Part shown: one piece after another, positions 42,566 through 53,192 of the stretch
Layout: every line of letters begins with the position of its first letter
Numbering within the stretch: position 1 is the first letter of the stretch
Assembly: GCA_947589435.1 (NCBI GenBank)
Contig: CANQBI010000004.1
Span: 1 to 55,091 of the forward strand
Origin: an uncultured Bacilli bacterium
Lineage (GTDB): Bacteria > Bacillota_I > Bacilli_A > RF39 > UBA660
Length of the DNA: 55,091 nucleotides
Direction of reading: 5' to 3'
The notes under the pieces: model-generated
What the model saw: the letters and a program-made list of their open reading frames with translations, nothing else
Told to the model about the DNA's origin: nothing
Databases searched by the model: none
Position numbers and translations under genes: made by a program

Positions 42566-43861
42566 ATGATAGATATTAAACTTATAAGAGAACAAAGAGA
42601 TTTAGTAAAAGAAAATATTAAAAAGAAATTTCAAGACGAAAAATTACCTTTAGTAGATGAAGTGTACGAACTTGATATTAAATATCGGGAATGTAAAACA
42701 AAAGCCGATAATTTAAAAAGTGAAAAAAATAAATTAAGTGCCCAAATTGGGGCTTTAATGCGAGATAAAAAAATTGAGGAAGCTAATAAAATAAAAGAAG
42801 AAATAGCCAAGATTAATGAAGACATTCCAGCTTTAGAAAAAGAAGAACAAGAATTAGAAGCAAGTGTTAAAAAAATAATGATGGTTATTCCTAATATTAT
42901 TGATGAAAGTGTTCCAATAGGTAAAGATGATAGTGAGAATGTCGAAATTGAAAAATTTGGTGAACCAATAGTGCCTAGTTATGAAATACCATATCATGCT
43001 GATATTTGTGATTTATATAATGGTTTAGATAAAGAAGCAGCCGGAAGAACTAGTGGGGAAGGTTTTTATTTCTTAAAAGGTGATATTGCGCGTCTTCACA
43101 GTGCTCTTTTAACTTATGCGAGAGACTTTATGATTAGTAAAGGCTTTACTTATTGTGTTCCGCCATTTATGATTAGAAGTGATGTTGTTACGGGTGTTAT
43201 GTCTTTTAAAGAAATGGAAGCCATGATGTATAAAATTGAAGGCGAAGATTTATACTTAATTGGCACTAGTGAACACTCAATGATGGGAAGATTCATCGGT
43301 CAAATGTTAAGTGAAGAAGAACTTCCTTTAACGCTAACTAGTTATTCACCATGCTTCCGAAAAGAAGGCGGATCTCATGGTCTAGAAGAAAGAGGATTAT
43401 ATAGAGTTCACCAATTTGAAAAACAAGAAATGGTTGTTTTATGTAAAATGGAAGAAGGAATGGATTGGTATAACAAGATGTGGAGTTATACCGTTGAGTT
43501 CTTTAGAAGTTTAGATATTCCAGTTCGAACTTTAGAATGTTGTAGTGGCGACCTTGCTGATTTAAAAGTTAAATCTTGTGATGTGGAAGCTTGGAGTCCA
43601 AGACAACAAAAATATTTTGAAGTTGGTTCTTGTTCAATTCTAGGAGATGCTCAAACGAGAAGATTAGGTATTCGTTATAAGGGTAGTGAAGGAACCAAAT
43701 ATTTGTGTTCTTTAAACAATACTGTTGTCGCAACCCCAAGAGGTTTAATTGCTCTTTTAGAAAATAACTATCAAGAAGATAGTAGTGTGTTAATTCCTAA
43801 AGTATTACAACCTTATATGGGAGGACTAACTAAATTAGAAAAGATAAAGAAGGAAAAATAA
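42566..43861 (+). CDS. serS: Serine--tRNA ligase
   Basis: N-terminal coiled coil, LIGTSE, CFRKE.G, YRVHQF.K.E, LNNT..A.PR. Confidence 0.97.
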   Translation: MIDIKLIREQRDLVKENIKKKFQDEKLPLVDEVYELDIKYRECKTKADNLKSEKNKLSAQIGALMRDKKIEEANKIKEEIAKINEDIPALEKEEQELEASVKKIMMVIPNIIDESVPIGKDDSENVEIEKFGEPIVPSYEIPYHADICDLYNGLDKEAAGRTSGEGFYFLKGDIARLHSALLTYARDFMISKGFTYCVPPFMIRSDVVTGVMSFKEMEAMMYKIEGEDLYLIGTSEHSMMGRFIGQMLSEEELPLTLTSYSPCFRKEGGSHGLEERGLYRVHQFEKQEMVVLCKMEEGMDWYNKMWSYTVEFFRSLDIPVRTLECCSGDLADLKVKSCDVEAWSPRQQKYFEVGSCSILGDAQTRRLGIRYKGSEGTKYLCSLNNTVVATPRGLIALLENNYQEDSSVLIPKVLQPYMGGLTKLEKIKKEK

Positions 43862-43896
43862 TTTTCTTTCTTTTTTCTATTGTAGAAAAGTGGCAA
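43718..43896 (+). repeat. Direct repeat copy 1: serS 3' end plus downstream sequence
   Basis: Near-identical to 44677-44851. Confidence 0.92.
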
Positions 43897-44005
43897 AAGT
43901 GGCAAAAATCTTCAACAAAAAGTTTTTCCAATTCAACCAAAAAAAGCGTAAAATTAAAAAGTTTTTCCAATTCAACAAAAAAACTTTATATTTGAGCAAT
44001 TTTAT

Positions 44006-44647
44006 TATATAAGAGATGTTTATGATTCAATACTTCTTAAAGATGTTGTAGAAAGACTTGGAATATCAGATGTTACTTCATTTAATAAAATACTTCAGTA
44101 TATTTTAGAAATTGAAACAAGAGAATTTTCTGCAACAAATGTGTTAGATTATTTAGCTAAAAGTGGCAATAAAGTTGCTACAGATACATTGTATAAGTAT
44201 TTAGAAGCGCTTTGCTCAACTTTTATTATTAACAGAGTTTATAGATATGATGTAAATGGAAAAGCCGTATTGAAAACATTAAACAAATTTTATGCTACAG
44301 ATTTGGGTATAAAAAGAATAAAAACTAATAGTAAAGAAATTAACTACTCACGAGCTTTTGAAAATTTAATATACAATGAATTAATAAAAAAGGGATATGA
44401 TGTTTATGTTGGAAAGACTAAAGATGGTGAGATAGACTTTATAGCATCTAAAAATAAAAATATTAAATATATTCAAGCATGTTATGATTTATCCAATGAA
44501 GAAACTAGAATTAGGGAATTTAAAGCTTTTAATAGTATAAGTGATAATTATCCTAAATATGTAATTTCGATTAATAAAGAAGATTATTCTCAAGATGGTA
44601 TTAAACATCTTAATATATTTGACTTTTTGATGAATGATCAATTTTAA
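44006..44647 (+). pseudogene. 5'-truncated AAA+ ATPase (DUF4143-type C-terminal half only)
   Basis: Frame YIRDVYDSILLKDVVER..KFY.TDLG..EN..YNEL..EIDF aligns with the C-half of 44960-46201; no Walker A and no start/RBS. Confidence 0.8.
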
Positions 44648-44676
44648 ATTTTATTGGGCATATTGAAACTTCAAGA

Positions 44677-44851
44677 AATACAGTTGTCGCAACCCCAAGA
44701 GGTTTAATTGCTCTTTTAGAAAATAACTATCAAGAAGATGGTAGTGTGTTAATTCCTAAAGTATTACAACCTTATATAGGAGGTATTACTAAATTAGAAA
44801 AGCTAAAGAAGGAAAAATAATTTCTTTTTTTCTATTGTAGAAAAGTGGCAA
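44677..44851 (+). repeat. Direct repeat copy 2: duplicated serS 3' fragment
   Basis: Encodes [47 protein letters not shown]. Confidence 0.92.
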
Positions 44852-44959
44852 TTCTTCCAAAAATCCTCAATAGAATATTGATATCTATAAAATAGTATGG
44901 TATAATTGTCATTGTAGAAAAGTGGCAATTCTGCCAAAAAAATACAATGGAGGTTAAAT

Positions 44960-46201
44960 ATGAAAAAGATAAATAGAGATTTATATTTAAATAAATTAAT
45001 CAGCCGAAGAGAAAACGGAATGATTAAAATTGTAACTGGAATAAGAAGATGTGGAAAGTCTTATTTATTAGATCCCATCTTCAAAGATTATTTAATGCAA
45101 AGTGGAATAGATGAAAATCATATAATAAAATTAGATTTAGAAGAAAGAAAGAATAAAAAATATTTAAATCCCGATGTTTTAGATGAGTACATTAGAAGTT
45201 TAATTGTGGATAAAAAAATGTATTATATAATTTTAGATGAAGTTCAAAAAGTTGAGGATTTTGAGTCGGTTTTAAATGGCTTTTTGCATATTAAAAATGT
45301 GGATGTATATGTAACTGGAAGTAATTCTAAATTTTTATCTTCAGATATTATAACTGAGTTTAGAGGCAGGGGAGATGAGGTTCGGATCTATCCTTTGACT
45401 TTTAAAGAATTTTGTGAGGCTTTTAAAGGAGATAAATATGAGGCTTGGAATGAATATATATTATATGGGGGAATGCCTTTAATTTTATCTAAAAAAACGG
45501 ATGAAGAAAAAAGTGCCTATTTAAGTAATTTATTTGAAACTACTTATTTAAAAGATATAATTGAAAGAAATAACATTAAAAGAATTGATGTTTTAAATGT
45601 CCTTGTAAACATTTTATCATCTTCTGTAGGTTCATTAACTAACCCAGCAAAACTAGCCAATACCTTTTTAAGTAATTCTATAAAAGATGTGAATGAACAA
45701 ACTATAAATACTTATATTAACTATTTATTGGAGGCTTTTTTACTTAAAAAAGTAGAAAGATATGATATCAAAGGGAAAAAATATATTTCTACTCCCAGTA
45801 AATATTATTTTACTGATATAGGGCTCCGTAATGCGAGAATAAATTTTCGTCAATTAGAAGAAAATCATATAATGGAAAATATTATATATAATGAATTATT
45901 AGTGCGTGGTTATAATGTTGATGTAGGAATAGTAGAATTAAGAGATAATAATAAAAGGAAACAATTAGAAATTGATTTTGTATGTAATTTAGGAACTAAA
46001 AAGTATTATATTCAATCAGCTTTAAATTTAGATACCAGAGAAAAAACAATTCAAGAAGAAAGACCATTAATGAATATAAATGATAATTTTAAAAAGATTA
46101 TTGTCGTAAAAGATAATATGAAACATTGGTATACTGAAGAAGGAATACTCGTTATTGGTATTCAAGAATTTTTATTAAATGAAAATAGTTTAGATTTTTA
46201 A
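44960..46201 (+). CDS. AAA+ ATPase (AAA_14 plus DUF4143 type) with C-terminal PD-(D/E)xK-like motif
   Basis: TGIRRCGKS, ILDEVQ, VTGSNS, YGGMP, KYYF.D.G, EIDFV......YYIQ. Confidence 0.9.
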   Translation: MKKINRDLYLNKLISRRENGMIKIVTGIRRCGKSYLLDPIFKDYLMQSGIDENHIIKLDLEERKNKKYLNPDVLDEYIRSLIVDKKMYYIILDEVQKVEDFESVLNGFLHIKNVDVYVTGSNSKFLSSDIITEFRGRGDEVRIYPLTFKEFCEAFKGDKYEAWNEYILYGGMPLILSKKTDEEKSAYLSNLFETTYLKDIIERNNIKRIDVLNVLVNILSSSVGSLTNPAKLANTFLSNSIKDVNEQTINTYINYLLEAFLLKKVERYDIKGKKYISTPSKYYFTDIGLRNARINFRQLEENHIMENIIYNELLVRGYNVDVGIVELRDNNKRKQLEIDFVCNLGTKKYYIQSALNLDTREKTIQEERPLMNINDNFKKIIVVKDNMKHWYTEEGILVIGIQEFLLNENSLDF

Positions 46202-46266
46202 ATTAAATACCTTCTGATTTAATATGTGTACTTTTTTTGGGTATTAGCATAGATTAAATTAGGAGA

Positions 46267-46815
46267 GTGATAAATTTGACTAATTTTAGAGAAATAGTAA
46301 CTAAAGCGGTAATTGGGAAAGCGAAAAAAACTAGTGGTAATAAATTTATGATGGAAACAAGTGAAAAACCGAATACCATTTTAGGTTGTTGGATTATTAA
46401 TCATGCTTTTAAAGGTTCCAATAATATGGGTAGTGTTTTAGTAGATGGGGCTTTTGATGTCAACGTTTGGTATTCTTATGATAATGATACGAAAACCTCA
46501 GTTAGTACCAAAAGATTTAACTATACCGACAAAATGAATATTCCTTTAAAAAATGATATGGTTTTAAATGATAATTCCGAAATTATAGTGAGAAGTCTAA
46601 AACAACCAACAGTTACAAATGTCGAAATTAAAGATGGTCTAGTCGAACTTAATATTGAAAAAGAATTAGGAGTGGAAGTTGTCGGTAATACGATGGTTAA
46701 AGTTCCTGTTGAAGATGATGAAGATGACTATATCGAATTACTTGATGACGACTTAGAAAAAGAAATTGATGATGTCAATGAAAACTATTTAGAAACTGAA
46801 GAAGTTGAAAAATAA
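46267..46815 (+). CDS. cotE: Outer spore coat protein CotE
   Basis: REIVTKAVIGK, P.TILGCWIINH, DVNVWYSY...TKT. Confidence 0.92.
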   Translation: MINLTNFREIVTKAVIGKAKKTSGNKFMMETSEKPNTILGCWIINHAFKGSNNMGSVLVDGAFDVNVWYSYDNDTKTSVSTKRFNYTDKMNIPLKNDMVLNDNSEIIVRSLKQPTVTNVEIKDGLVELNIEKELGVEVVGNTMVKVPVEDDEDDYIELLDDDLEKEIDDVNENYLETEEVEK

Positions 46816-46892
46816 CTTTGTCAACGAAAAAGTGTTGACATAAAACATAAGTAAATGTTATACTATTGGTAGTAAGAAAGGAAGGACTTTAT

Positions 46893-47168
46893 ATGGCAGT
46901 TAAATTAAGACTTAAAAGAATGGGTTCAAAACAAAAACCATTTTATAGAATCGTTGCTGCTGATTCACGTTCACCAAGAGATGGTCGTTTTATTGAAACA
47001 GTAGGAACTTATAATCCAATTAAAGGTGCTTCAGTTGTTACAATTGATGAAGAAAAAGCATTAAATTGGTTAAAGAATGGAGCAGAGCCAACCACAACTG
47101 TACGTAATATTTTATCTAAACAAGGTATTATGGCTAAGTATGCTGCATCAAAAACTAAAAAGAAATAG
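46893..47168 (+). CDS. rpsP: 30S ribosomal protein S16
   Basis: [31 protein letters not shown]; upstream TTGACA-N17-TATACT. Confidence 0.98.
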   Translation: MAVKLRLKRMGSKQKPFYRIVAADSRSPRDGRFIETVGTYNPIKGASVVTIDEEKALNWLKNGAEPTTTVRNILSKQGIMAKYAASKTKKK

Positions 47169-47178
47169 GTAGGCATTT

Positions 47179-47424
47179 ATGAGTGTTGTTGAATTTGCGG
47201 AATATTTAGTAAAAAGTATAACTAAAGAGCCAGACCTTGTTAAAGTTTCTTTATTTCCAGCTGATGATGATATTACTATTTTAGAAATTTTAGTTCCGGA
47301 AAGTGATATGGGACGAGTAATTGGAAAAAATGGTAAAACATCAACATCAATTAGAACTTTAATTCAAGCTTTTGCAGCAATTAATAAAATGCCCAAAGTA
47401 AAAATCAATATTGATTCATTTTAA
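47179..47424 (+). CDS. khpA: KH-domain RNA-binding protein KhpA/YlqC
   Basis: DMGRVIGKNG....IRT; follows rpsP. Confidence 0.92.
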   Translation: MSVVEFAEYLVKSITKEPDLVKVSLFPADDDITILEILVPESDMGRVIGKNGKTSTSIRTLIQAFAAINKMPKVKINIDSF

Positions 47425-47468
47425 GAAATAGGGTTCTATTTCTTTTTTAATATGAAAGGGTGGTTTAG

Positions 47469-49094
47469 ATGGTCAAGATTACCAGTATCTGTGGGACTAA
47501 TGAAGATGTTAATAATATTTTAGATAAAATATATGAAATATACGAAAGAGAAATCCAAAATGATAGTGATAGACAAATTTATATTTATCAAGATTTTATT
47601 GATAATTCTTTAGTAATGCAAGAATTAAATGATTTAGGTATTTATGTTATTTATGATTTAAAACAAATAAATAGTAATGATATTGTTATTTTAAGTTCTT
47701 ATAATGAAAAAGATTTAGATTATTTAAATAACAATCATATTGAATATTATCCGGTAGTAAAAGATAATCATAATAAAAGTTATTTAGAAGATATTGAAAA
47801 AAGTATTGAAAAAGAAATTAAAAATGCTTCTTTATTACTCGTTATTGGGGATGGTAAAGATACCCATGAATTAACTGAGAAATATCAAAGTATCATTCCC
47901 ACTTATGAATTTAATGATTTAAATAGTTTTAGTACTTTCTTTTTAAAAAGTGATTATACTTCATTCGATAATATCGTTATAACGGGTGGACCATCAACAC
48001 CTCTTAAAGAAATATATAATTATAAATACTTAACAATGTTTTTATTATTTTATAAAGATAGACTCAAAGAATTTAAAACTTATGAACCGACCTTTAATCA
48101 AGAATTTAAATCTTTAGAAGACTCAGAAGAAGTAAATAAAATTGTCGATTATTTTATTGATTTAAATAAAGATGGTAAATACTTAAGAGGAACTCTTATA
48201 TCTTTAGCATCCTTACTTGCTGGTTATGATAATTATTTAGATTTAGCCTTAACTTATGAAACTTTAGAAACGAGTATTTTAGTACATGATGATATAATTG
48301 ATAATGCGCGTACCAGAAGAGGTAAAGATACTATTCCGAGAAGAATATGTAAGGAATATAGACCATATTCCGATAATCATATTTATTTTAATGATGTTTT
48401 AAAACTAGCTAACTCTCTAGCTATTTGTGCCGGTGATTTATTCTTTTATGAGGCCCAAAACTATTTAGTTAAAAAGTATGGAACTCATCCAAACTTCCCT
48501 GATATCTTAAAATTATATAATGATATTGTTATTAAAACGATTAAGGGAGAAGTTATTGATGTAACTTTACCATTCTATGGTAAATATGATTTAAAAGAAA
48601 TTAATAATGAAGATATTTTAAATATTTATCATTTAAAAACTAGTACTTATACTATTATTGGTCCTTTTGCTTTAGGATATTTACTTGGTGGTAAAAAAAT
48701 AGACCAAAAGATGGAAGATATTTTAAATAAAATAGGACTTTCTTTCCAAATCAAAGATGATATCTTAGGTATCTTTGGTGAAACCCAAACTATTGGTAAA
48801 CCAAATACTTCGGATATTTGTGAATTTAAACAAACATTACTTTATTCATATGTTATAAATACCAGTTATAAAGAAGAATTTTTAAAGATTTATGGCAATA
48901 AAGAAGTTAGTAATAAAGATTTACTTAATATAAGAGGAATCTTAAAGGAAAGTGGCGCTTTAGAATATACATATAATTATTTAAATGATTTATATACGGA
49001 TATTACGGAGAGTATTGATACCCTTGATATTAAAGAAGATGGTAAAAATATCTTGAAAGGTTTAATAATCTATATTAATATAAGAAGTAAGTAG
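47469..49094 (+). CDS. Polyprenyl diphosphate synthase with N-terminal degenerate IspH/LytB-like region
   Basis: HDDIID....RRG and FQIKDDILG motifs; N-terminal LLVIG and ITGGPSTP resemble IspH VVG and ITAGASTP. Confidence 0.8.
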   Translation: MVKITSICGTNEDVNNILDKIYEIYEREIQNDSDRQIYIYQDFIDNSLVMQELNDLGIYVIYDLKQINSNDIVILSSYNEKDLDYLNNNHIEYYPVVKDNHNKSYLEDIEKSIEKEIKNASLLLVIGDGKDTHELTEKYQSIIPTYEFNDLNSFSTFFLKSDYTSFDNIVITGGPSTPLKEIYNYKYLTMFLLFYKDRLKEFKTYEPTFNQEFKSLEDSEEVNKIVDYFIDLNKDGKYLRGTLISLASLLAGYDNYLDLALTYETLETSILVHDDIIDNARTRRGKDTIPRRICKEYRPYSDNHIYFNDVLKLANSLAICAGDLFFYEAQNYLVKKYGTHPNFPDILKLYNDIVIKTIKGEVIDVTLPFYGKYDLKEINNEDILNIYHLKTSTYTIIGPFALGYLLGGKKIDQKMEDILNKIGLSFQIKDDILGIFGETQTIGKPNTSDICEFKQTLLYSYVINTSYKEEFLKIYGNKEVSNKDLLNIRGILKESGALEYTYNYLNDLYTDITESIDTLDIKEDGKNILKGLIIYINIRSK

Positions 49095-49103
49095 GAGTAC
49101 ATT

Positions 49104-49940
49104 ATGAAAAAGAAAAAAAGAAGAAGTAAAAAGAAGAATTATAATAAATTAAATAAAGTAATTATTAATATCTTTACTTTGTTAATTATTGCTTTAATTA
49201 TTATCTTACTAATTAGTATTATTAGTAAATTTAAAAATGAAAGAGAAGATGTCGATAGTTATAGTAAAGATAATACTGTAAGTGAATATATGGTCTTAGA
49301 TAATTCTCATATCTATTTATATAATTTAGATAAATTAACTATTAAAGATAATGAAGATTATCTTGATTTAAGAGAATATATTGCTAAATATGAAAGTGTT
49401 GCTGATTTATTTACTTCTTTAGAAAACAATTTAAGTGTTAAAACTACTTTAAAAGATGGGGGAACCACCATATATAAAACGAAAAATAAAGATTTATTTA
49501 AAGATGATTTAACCATTATTAGATGTCATACGGAAGAGGGTAATAGAGATATCTATTTTGGGAAGAATATGAATACGACTACGGCTTTTAAAAATGGAGC
49601 TTGTGGTAAAGATTTCTTTGAAGATAAAAGTTTTACCAAAATATATACTTTAGATAATGTTAAAGATTTAGGAATAAGAGAAGTTGAAAATGTTATTGAT
49701 AAAGAAGGCCATACCGAAAAAGTTAAAAAGCATTTCTATGAACTTACTATTATTAAAGATAATGAGGATACCATTAAAATTGAAAGAGTTATGGATGATG
49801 AAAGTGTAAAAGCTTTAATCAAAGGTAAAAAATATACTTTTTATTTTAAAAATAAATATGGGGAATTAATTCAAAATAATTTAACAGATATCTTTAATAA
49901 ATGTAGTTTAGAACAAATAGTCTTATATGAAGAAAAGTAA
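49104..49940 (+). CDS. Hypothetical membrane-anchored protein
   Basis: Basic N-terminus, one TM helix, extracellular domain with three Cys. Confidence 0.7.
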   Translation: MKKKKRRSKKKNYNKLNKVIINIFTLLIIALIIILLISIISKFKNEREDVDSYSKDNTVSEYMVLDNSHIYLYNLDKLTIKDNEDYLDLREYIAKYESVADLFTSLENNLSVKTTLKDGGTTIYKTKNKDLFKDDLTIIRCHTEEGNRDIYFGKNMNTTTAFKNGACGKDFFEDKSFTKIYTLDNVKDLGIREVENVIDKEGHTEKVKKHFYELTIIKDNEDTIKIERVMDDESVKALIKGKKYTFYFKNKYGELIQNNLTDIFNKCSLEQIVLYEEK

Positions 49941-50023
49941 TATTTTCTTCTTTTTTGTCAAATAAAGGTACAAAAATATTTAACAATTTAGAAGAATATT
50001 GTTATAATAAAGATGTGATAAGT

Positions 50024-51976
50024 ATGAAAAAAATAAATTTGAGTTTAGTTTTTTTAGTCAGTTTTCTTTTTATGGAAATTGTTTATAAATTATTATTAGG
50101 TATAAACATATTTAAATTATCTTTCTTAAATATGTTTATCTTCTTAGTTTCATTGAGTTTTATTTTAGGAGTTCTATGTACTTTAAGTAATAATAAAAAG
50201 GTTAATAAAATAGTTTTTATAGTTTTATTAAGTCTTATTACAATTTGGTTTAGTGCCCAATATGTCGTTAAATCATACTTTGACTTTTATATTTCTTTGT
50301 CTACTTTTGTCGTAGCGGATCAAGTAACCGACTTTATGGGAAAAGCCGTTATTGAGACTTTAAGAAGAATACCAGGTATTATTTTATTCTTTGTTCCTTT
50401 AGTAGTTAGTTTAATTTTTAGTAAAAGAATTTGTTTTAAACAAAATAATATTAAACAGGTATTAGTCTTACTTGCTATTGGGGTTGGTTTTTATGGAGTT
50501 TATATAGCGAGTTTATTTATTGGAAAAGATGCTACATATTCACCTTATGTTTTAAATTATAAAGTCAATGATATTTCTTTAAGTATGGAAAACTTAGGAG
50601 TTTTAAATACATTCATCTTAGATACTAAAAGAGCTATCTTTGGTTTTGAAGAAAAATTAGTGCATGTTGATAATCCTTTATCTAATGATAAGGATAAAGA
50701 TAATGACACCCCAAAAGTCTATGATTATAATAATTTAGATATTGATTTTGATAGTTTAATTGCAAATGAAAGTAATAGTACCATTAAAAGTATGCATGAA
50801 TATTTTAAAAATGATCCTGGTACTTTACAAAACGATTATACAGGATTCTTTAAAGATAAAAATTTAATTTTGTTTATGGCGGAATCCTTTAATGAAGTGG
50901 CGGTTAAAAAAGAAATTACCCCAACTTTATATAAACTTTCGCATAGTGGTTTTGTTTTTGAAGATTTTTATACGCCAACTATTTATAGTACCATTGGAGG
51001 AGAGTTCCAAGAACTAACAGGTCTTTATGCCTCAGGCACCGATATTTTAGGAAGATTTAGAACTGGTAATGTAGCATTCCCTCAAGGAGTGGCAACTAAA
51101 TTTAAAGAAGCTGGTTATAATACTTATGCATACCATAACAATAGTGCCTCCTTCCAAAGTCGGAATAAATATTTACCAAGTTTAGGTTTTGATAATTTTA
51201 AAGCTTGTAATACGGGCTTAGAAAAAGTTATTAATTGTAATTTATGGCCAAGAAGTGATTTAGAGATGATTAATGCTACCGTGGATGAATACGCAACGGA
51301 AGGCAATAAATTTATGGTCTTCTATGCTTCTAACTCTGGACATTCTAGTTATGACGGCTTTAATTCTAACCAAATGGCTAAGAAAAATAAAGAAGAGTAT
51401 TTAGCATCTGGTCTTAATTATTCCGAAAGAGCCGCCACATATCTAGCGGCCCAAATGGAACTTGATAAAGCCTTAGATTCTTTAATTAAAAAATTAGATG
51501 AAAAAGGAATCCTTGATAATACCGTTATTGCTCTAGTGGGAGATCATTATCCATATGATTTAAATCCATCAGAAGTATATGAAATGGCAGACTACCAAAA
51601 AGATGATGTTGTCGAAATTAACCATAGTAAATTTATATTCTGGAATAATAAAATGGATACGGTAAATGTTAGTAAAGTAGGAAGTCAATTAGATGTTATT
51701 CCAACTATTTATAACGCCTTCGGTATTAATTACGATTCTAGATTATTCATTGGTAAAGATATTTTAAGTACTGAAGGTGGACTTGCCATGTTTGCCAATA
51801 AATCTTGGGTATCTGATAAAGGAACATATTTTTCCTCAAGTGGTAAGTTTGTTCCTAAGGATGGAGTTGAAGTAGATGACACTTATGTTAAAACAATGAA
51901 CCAAATTGTTTTAAATAAAATAAATATGAGTACTAAAATAATTATGAATAATTACTATAGTAAAGTATTTAAATAA
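50024..51976 (+). CDS. LTA synthase family / sulfatase-like membrane protein
   Basis: About five TM helices; NLI...AES, TP.LY, T..GEF, GDH.PY, D..PT. Confidence 0.88.
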   Translation: MKKINLSLVFLVSFLFMEIVYKLLLGINIFKLSFLNMFIFLVSLSFILGVLCTLSNNKKVNKIVFIVLLSLITIWFSAQYVVKSYFDFYISLSTFVVADQVTDFMGKAVIETLRRIPGIILFFVPLVVSLIFSKRICFKQNNIKQVLVLLAIGVGFYGVYIASLFIGKDATYSPYVLNYKVNDISLSMENLGVLNTFILDTKRAIFGFEEKLVHVDNPLSNDKDKDNDTPKVYDYNNLDIDFDSLIANESNSTIKSMHEYFKNDPGTLQNDYTGFFKDKNLILFMAESFNEVAVKKEITPTLYKLSHSGFVFEDFYTPTIYSTIGGEFQELTGLYASGTDILGRFRTGNVAFPQGVATKFKEAGYNTYAYHNNSASFQSRNKYLPSLGFDNFKACNTGLEKVINCNLWPRSDLEMINATVDEYATEGNKFMVFYASNSGHSSYDGFNSNQMAKKNKEEYLASGLNYSERAATYLAAQMELDKALDSLIKKLDEKGILDNTVIALVGDHYPYDLNPSEVYEMADYQKDDVVEINHSKFIFWNNKMDTVNVSKVGSQLDVIPTIYNAFGINYDSRLFIGKDILSTEGGLAMFANKSWVSDKGTYFSSSGKFVPKDGVEVDDTYVKTMNQIVLNKINMSTKIIMNNYYSKVFK

Positions 51977-52102
51977 TAAAGTTAAGGGTGAGAGAAATCT
52001 CATCTTTTGTATTGTCTAAATCACATATTACTTATATGATACAAAGAATATTCCTTTTTAAATTGTTTTGATGTATAATCTTATTTAGAAAGAGGGATTA
52101 GT

Positions 52103-52285
52103 TTGAAAAATGATAAGAAAAAAATTACTAAATTTCCTAAAGGATTTTTTACTAGTATCAAGCCTTGTAGAATCAATCATAGTAAAAACTCTGAAGAAGA
52201 CTTACCATTTGAATGGAGTGAAAATGTTTTAAATGGAAAAAGTAAAGTAAAATTAGTATCGGCAAAAAGAAAAACTAATAAGTAA
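52103..52285 (+). CDS. Small basic protein, paralog of 52955-53128 (candidate antitoxin)
   Basis: KFPKGFF...PFEWSE..LNGKSKVK.VSAKRKTNK; own TGTATAAT and RBS. Confidence 0.7.
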   Translation: MKNDKKKITKFPKGFFTSIKPCRINHSKNSEEDLPFEWSENVLNGKSKVKLVSAKRKTNK

Positions 52286-52326
52286 TAATAAAAAACTAAG
52301 TGAAAGTCTTCTCACTTTTTTTATGT

Positions 52327-52415
52327 TTTTACAACAAATGTGTTCTTTTTTTTAAGAAATTTCGCGAAAAAAAAGGAAATCAGAGATTTTTTTACAATAA
52401 TATAAGTGAAGGGAG
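52327..52415 (+). promoter_or_regulatory. 89-bp upstream element, copy 2
   Basis: 85/89 identical to 2852-2940. Confidence 0.8.
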
Positions 52416-52471
52416 CAAAAGCATCACTAAAAATATAATAGTAAAAAATTAATAGAAAGGAGGAAATTTTT

Positions 52472-52888
52472 ATGTGTAAACTTGGAGATATAATAGTTAT
52501 AGATAAGTTTAAAAATGAAGATGGAGAAATCATTTCTAAACATTCCTTTGTTGTTGTTTCTGATAGCAAAGGATGTATTAGTGGAATTAAATATGATTTT
52601 GTAGCAAGCATACTTTGTAGTTTTCATAACAAAGAACATTTGAATAAAAAGTTAAGATATAAAGAAAACTTCTTAATTAAAGAAGATTTAATATCTGGAA
52701 AAAATTTAAACAATAAATCTGGTTATATTAAAGCAGATCAATTATATTATTTTGATAAAAAACAAATAAATTATAAAGTTATTGCCCATATGGAAGATGA
52801 ACTATTTGATGAATTAATACAATTAATAATAGATTTAAGTAAAAAAGACAAATTGAAAAATATTGAAACAAATTTAGAAAAAGCCTAA
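52472..52888 (+). CDS. Divergent PemK/MazF-like protein
   Basis: GDII.I....G....H.FVVVS and GYIKADQLY.F resemble the MazF pattern; AAGGAGG RBS. Confidence 0.6.
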   Translation: MCKLGDIIVIDKFKNEDGEIISKHSFVVVSDSKGCISGIKYDFVASILCSFHNKEHLNKKLRYKENFLIKEDLISGKNLNNKSGYIKADQLYYFDKKQINYKVIAHMEDELFDELIQLIIDLSKKDKLKNIETNLEKA

Positions 52889-52954
52889 TTTATTACAAAT
52901 GTTTAGACATTTATGTTTGTTTTGTGTATAATAAGGTTAGAAAGAGGTGGTTAT

Positions 52955-53128
52955 ATGGTCAAAAAAAATCGTCCTAAATTTCCTAAAGGCTTTTTTTCTC
53001 AACCAAGACCCACTATTAGTTTAAAAGAAGCTTTAAAAGATGTTACTCCCTTCGAATGGAGTGAGGATGCTTTAAATGGAAAAAGTAAAGTTAAAATAGT
53101 ATCGGCAAAAAGAAAGACTAATAAATAA
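52955..53128 (+). CDS. Small basic protein, paralog of 52103-52285 (candidate antitoxin)
   Basis: KFPKGFF..PFEWSEDALNGKSKVKIVSAKRKTNK; GAGGTGG RBS; own TGTATAAT. Confidence 0.72.
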   Translation: MVKKNRPKFPKGFFSQPRPTISLKEALKDVTPFEWSEDALNGKSKVKIVSAKRKTNK

Positions 53129-53192
53129 CAAGAAGATAGTTATATTTAAATAATTATCTTTTTTAAATCAGTAGTTTTACGATATAATATAA

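Noticed and set aside
43718-44851. Intact prophage or integrative element at serS
   Set aside because: Only about 0.8 kb between the repeats; no integrase, phage or transfer genes.
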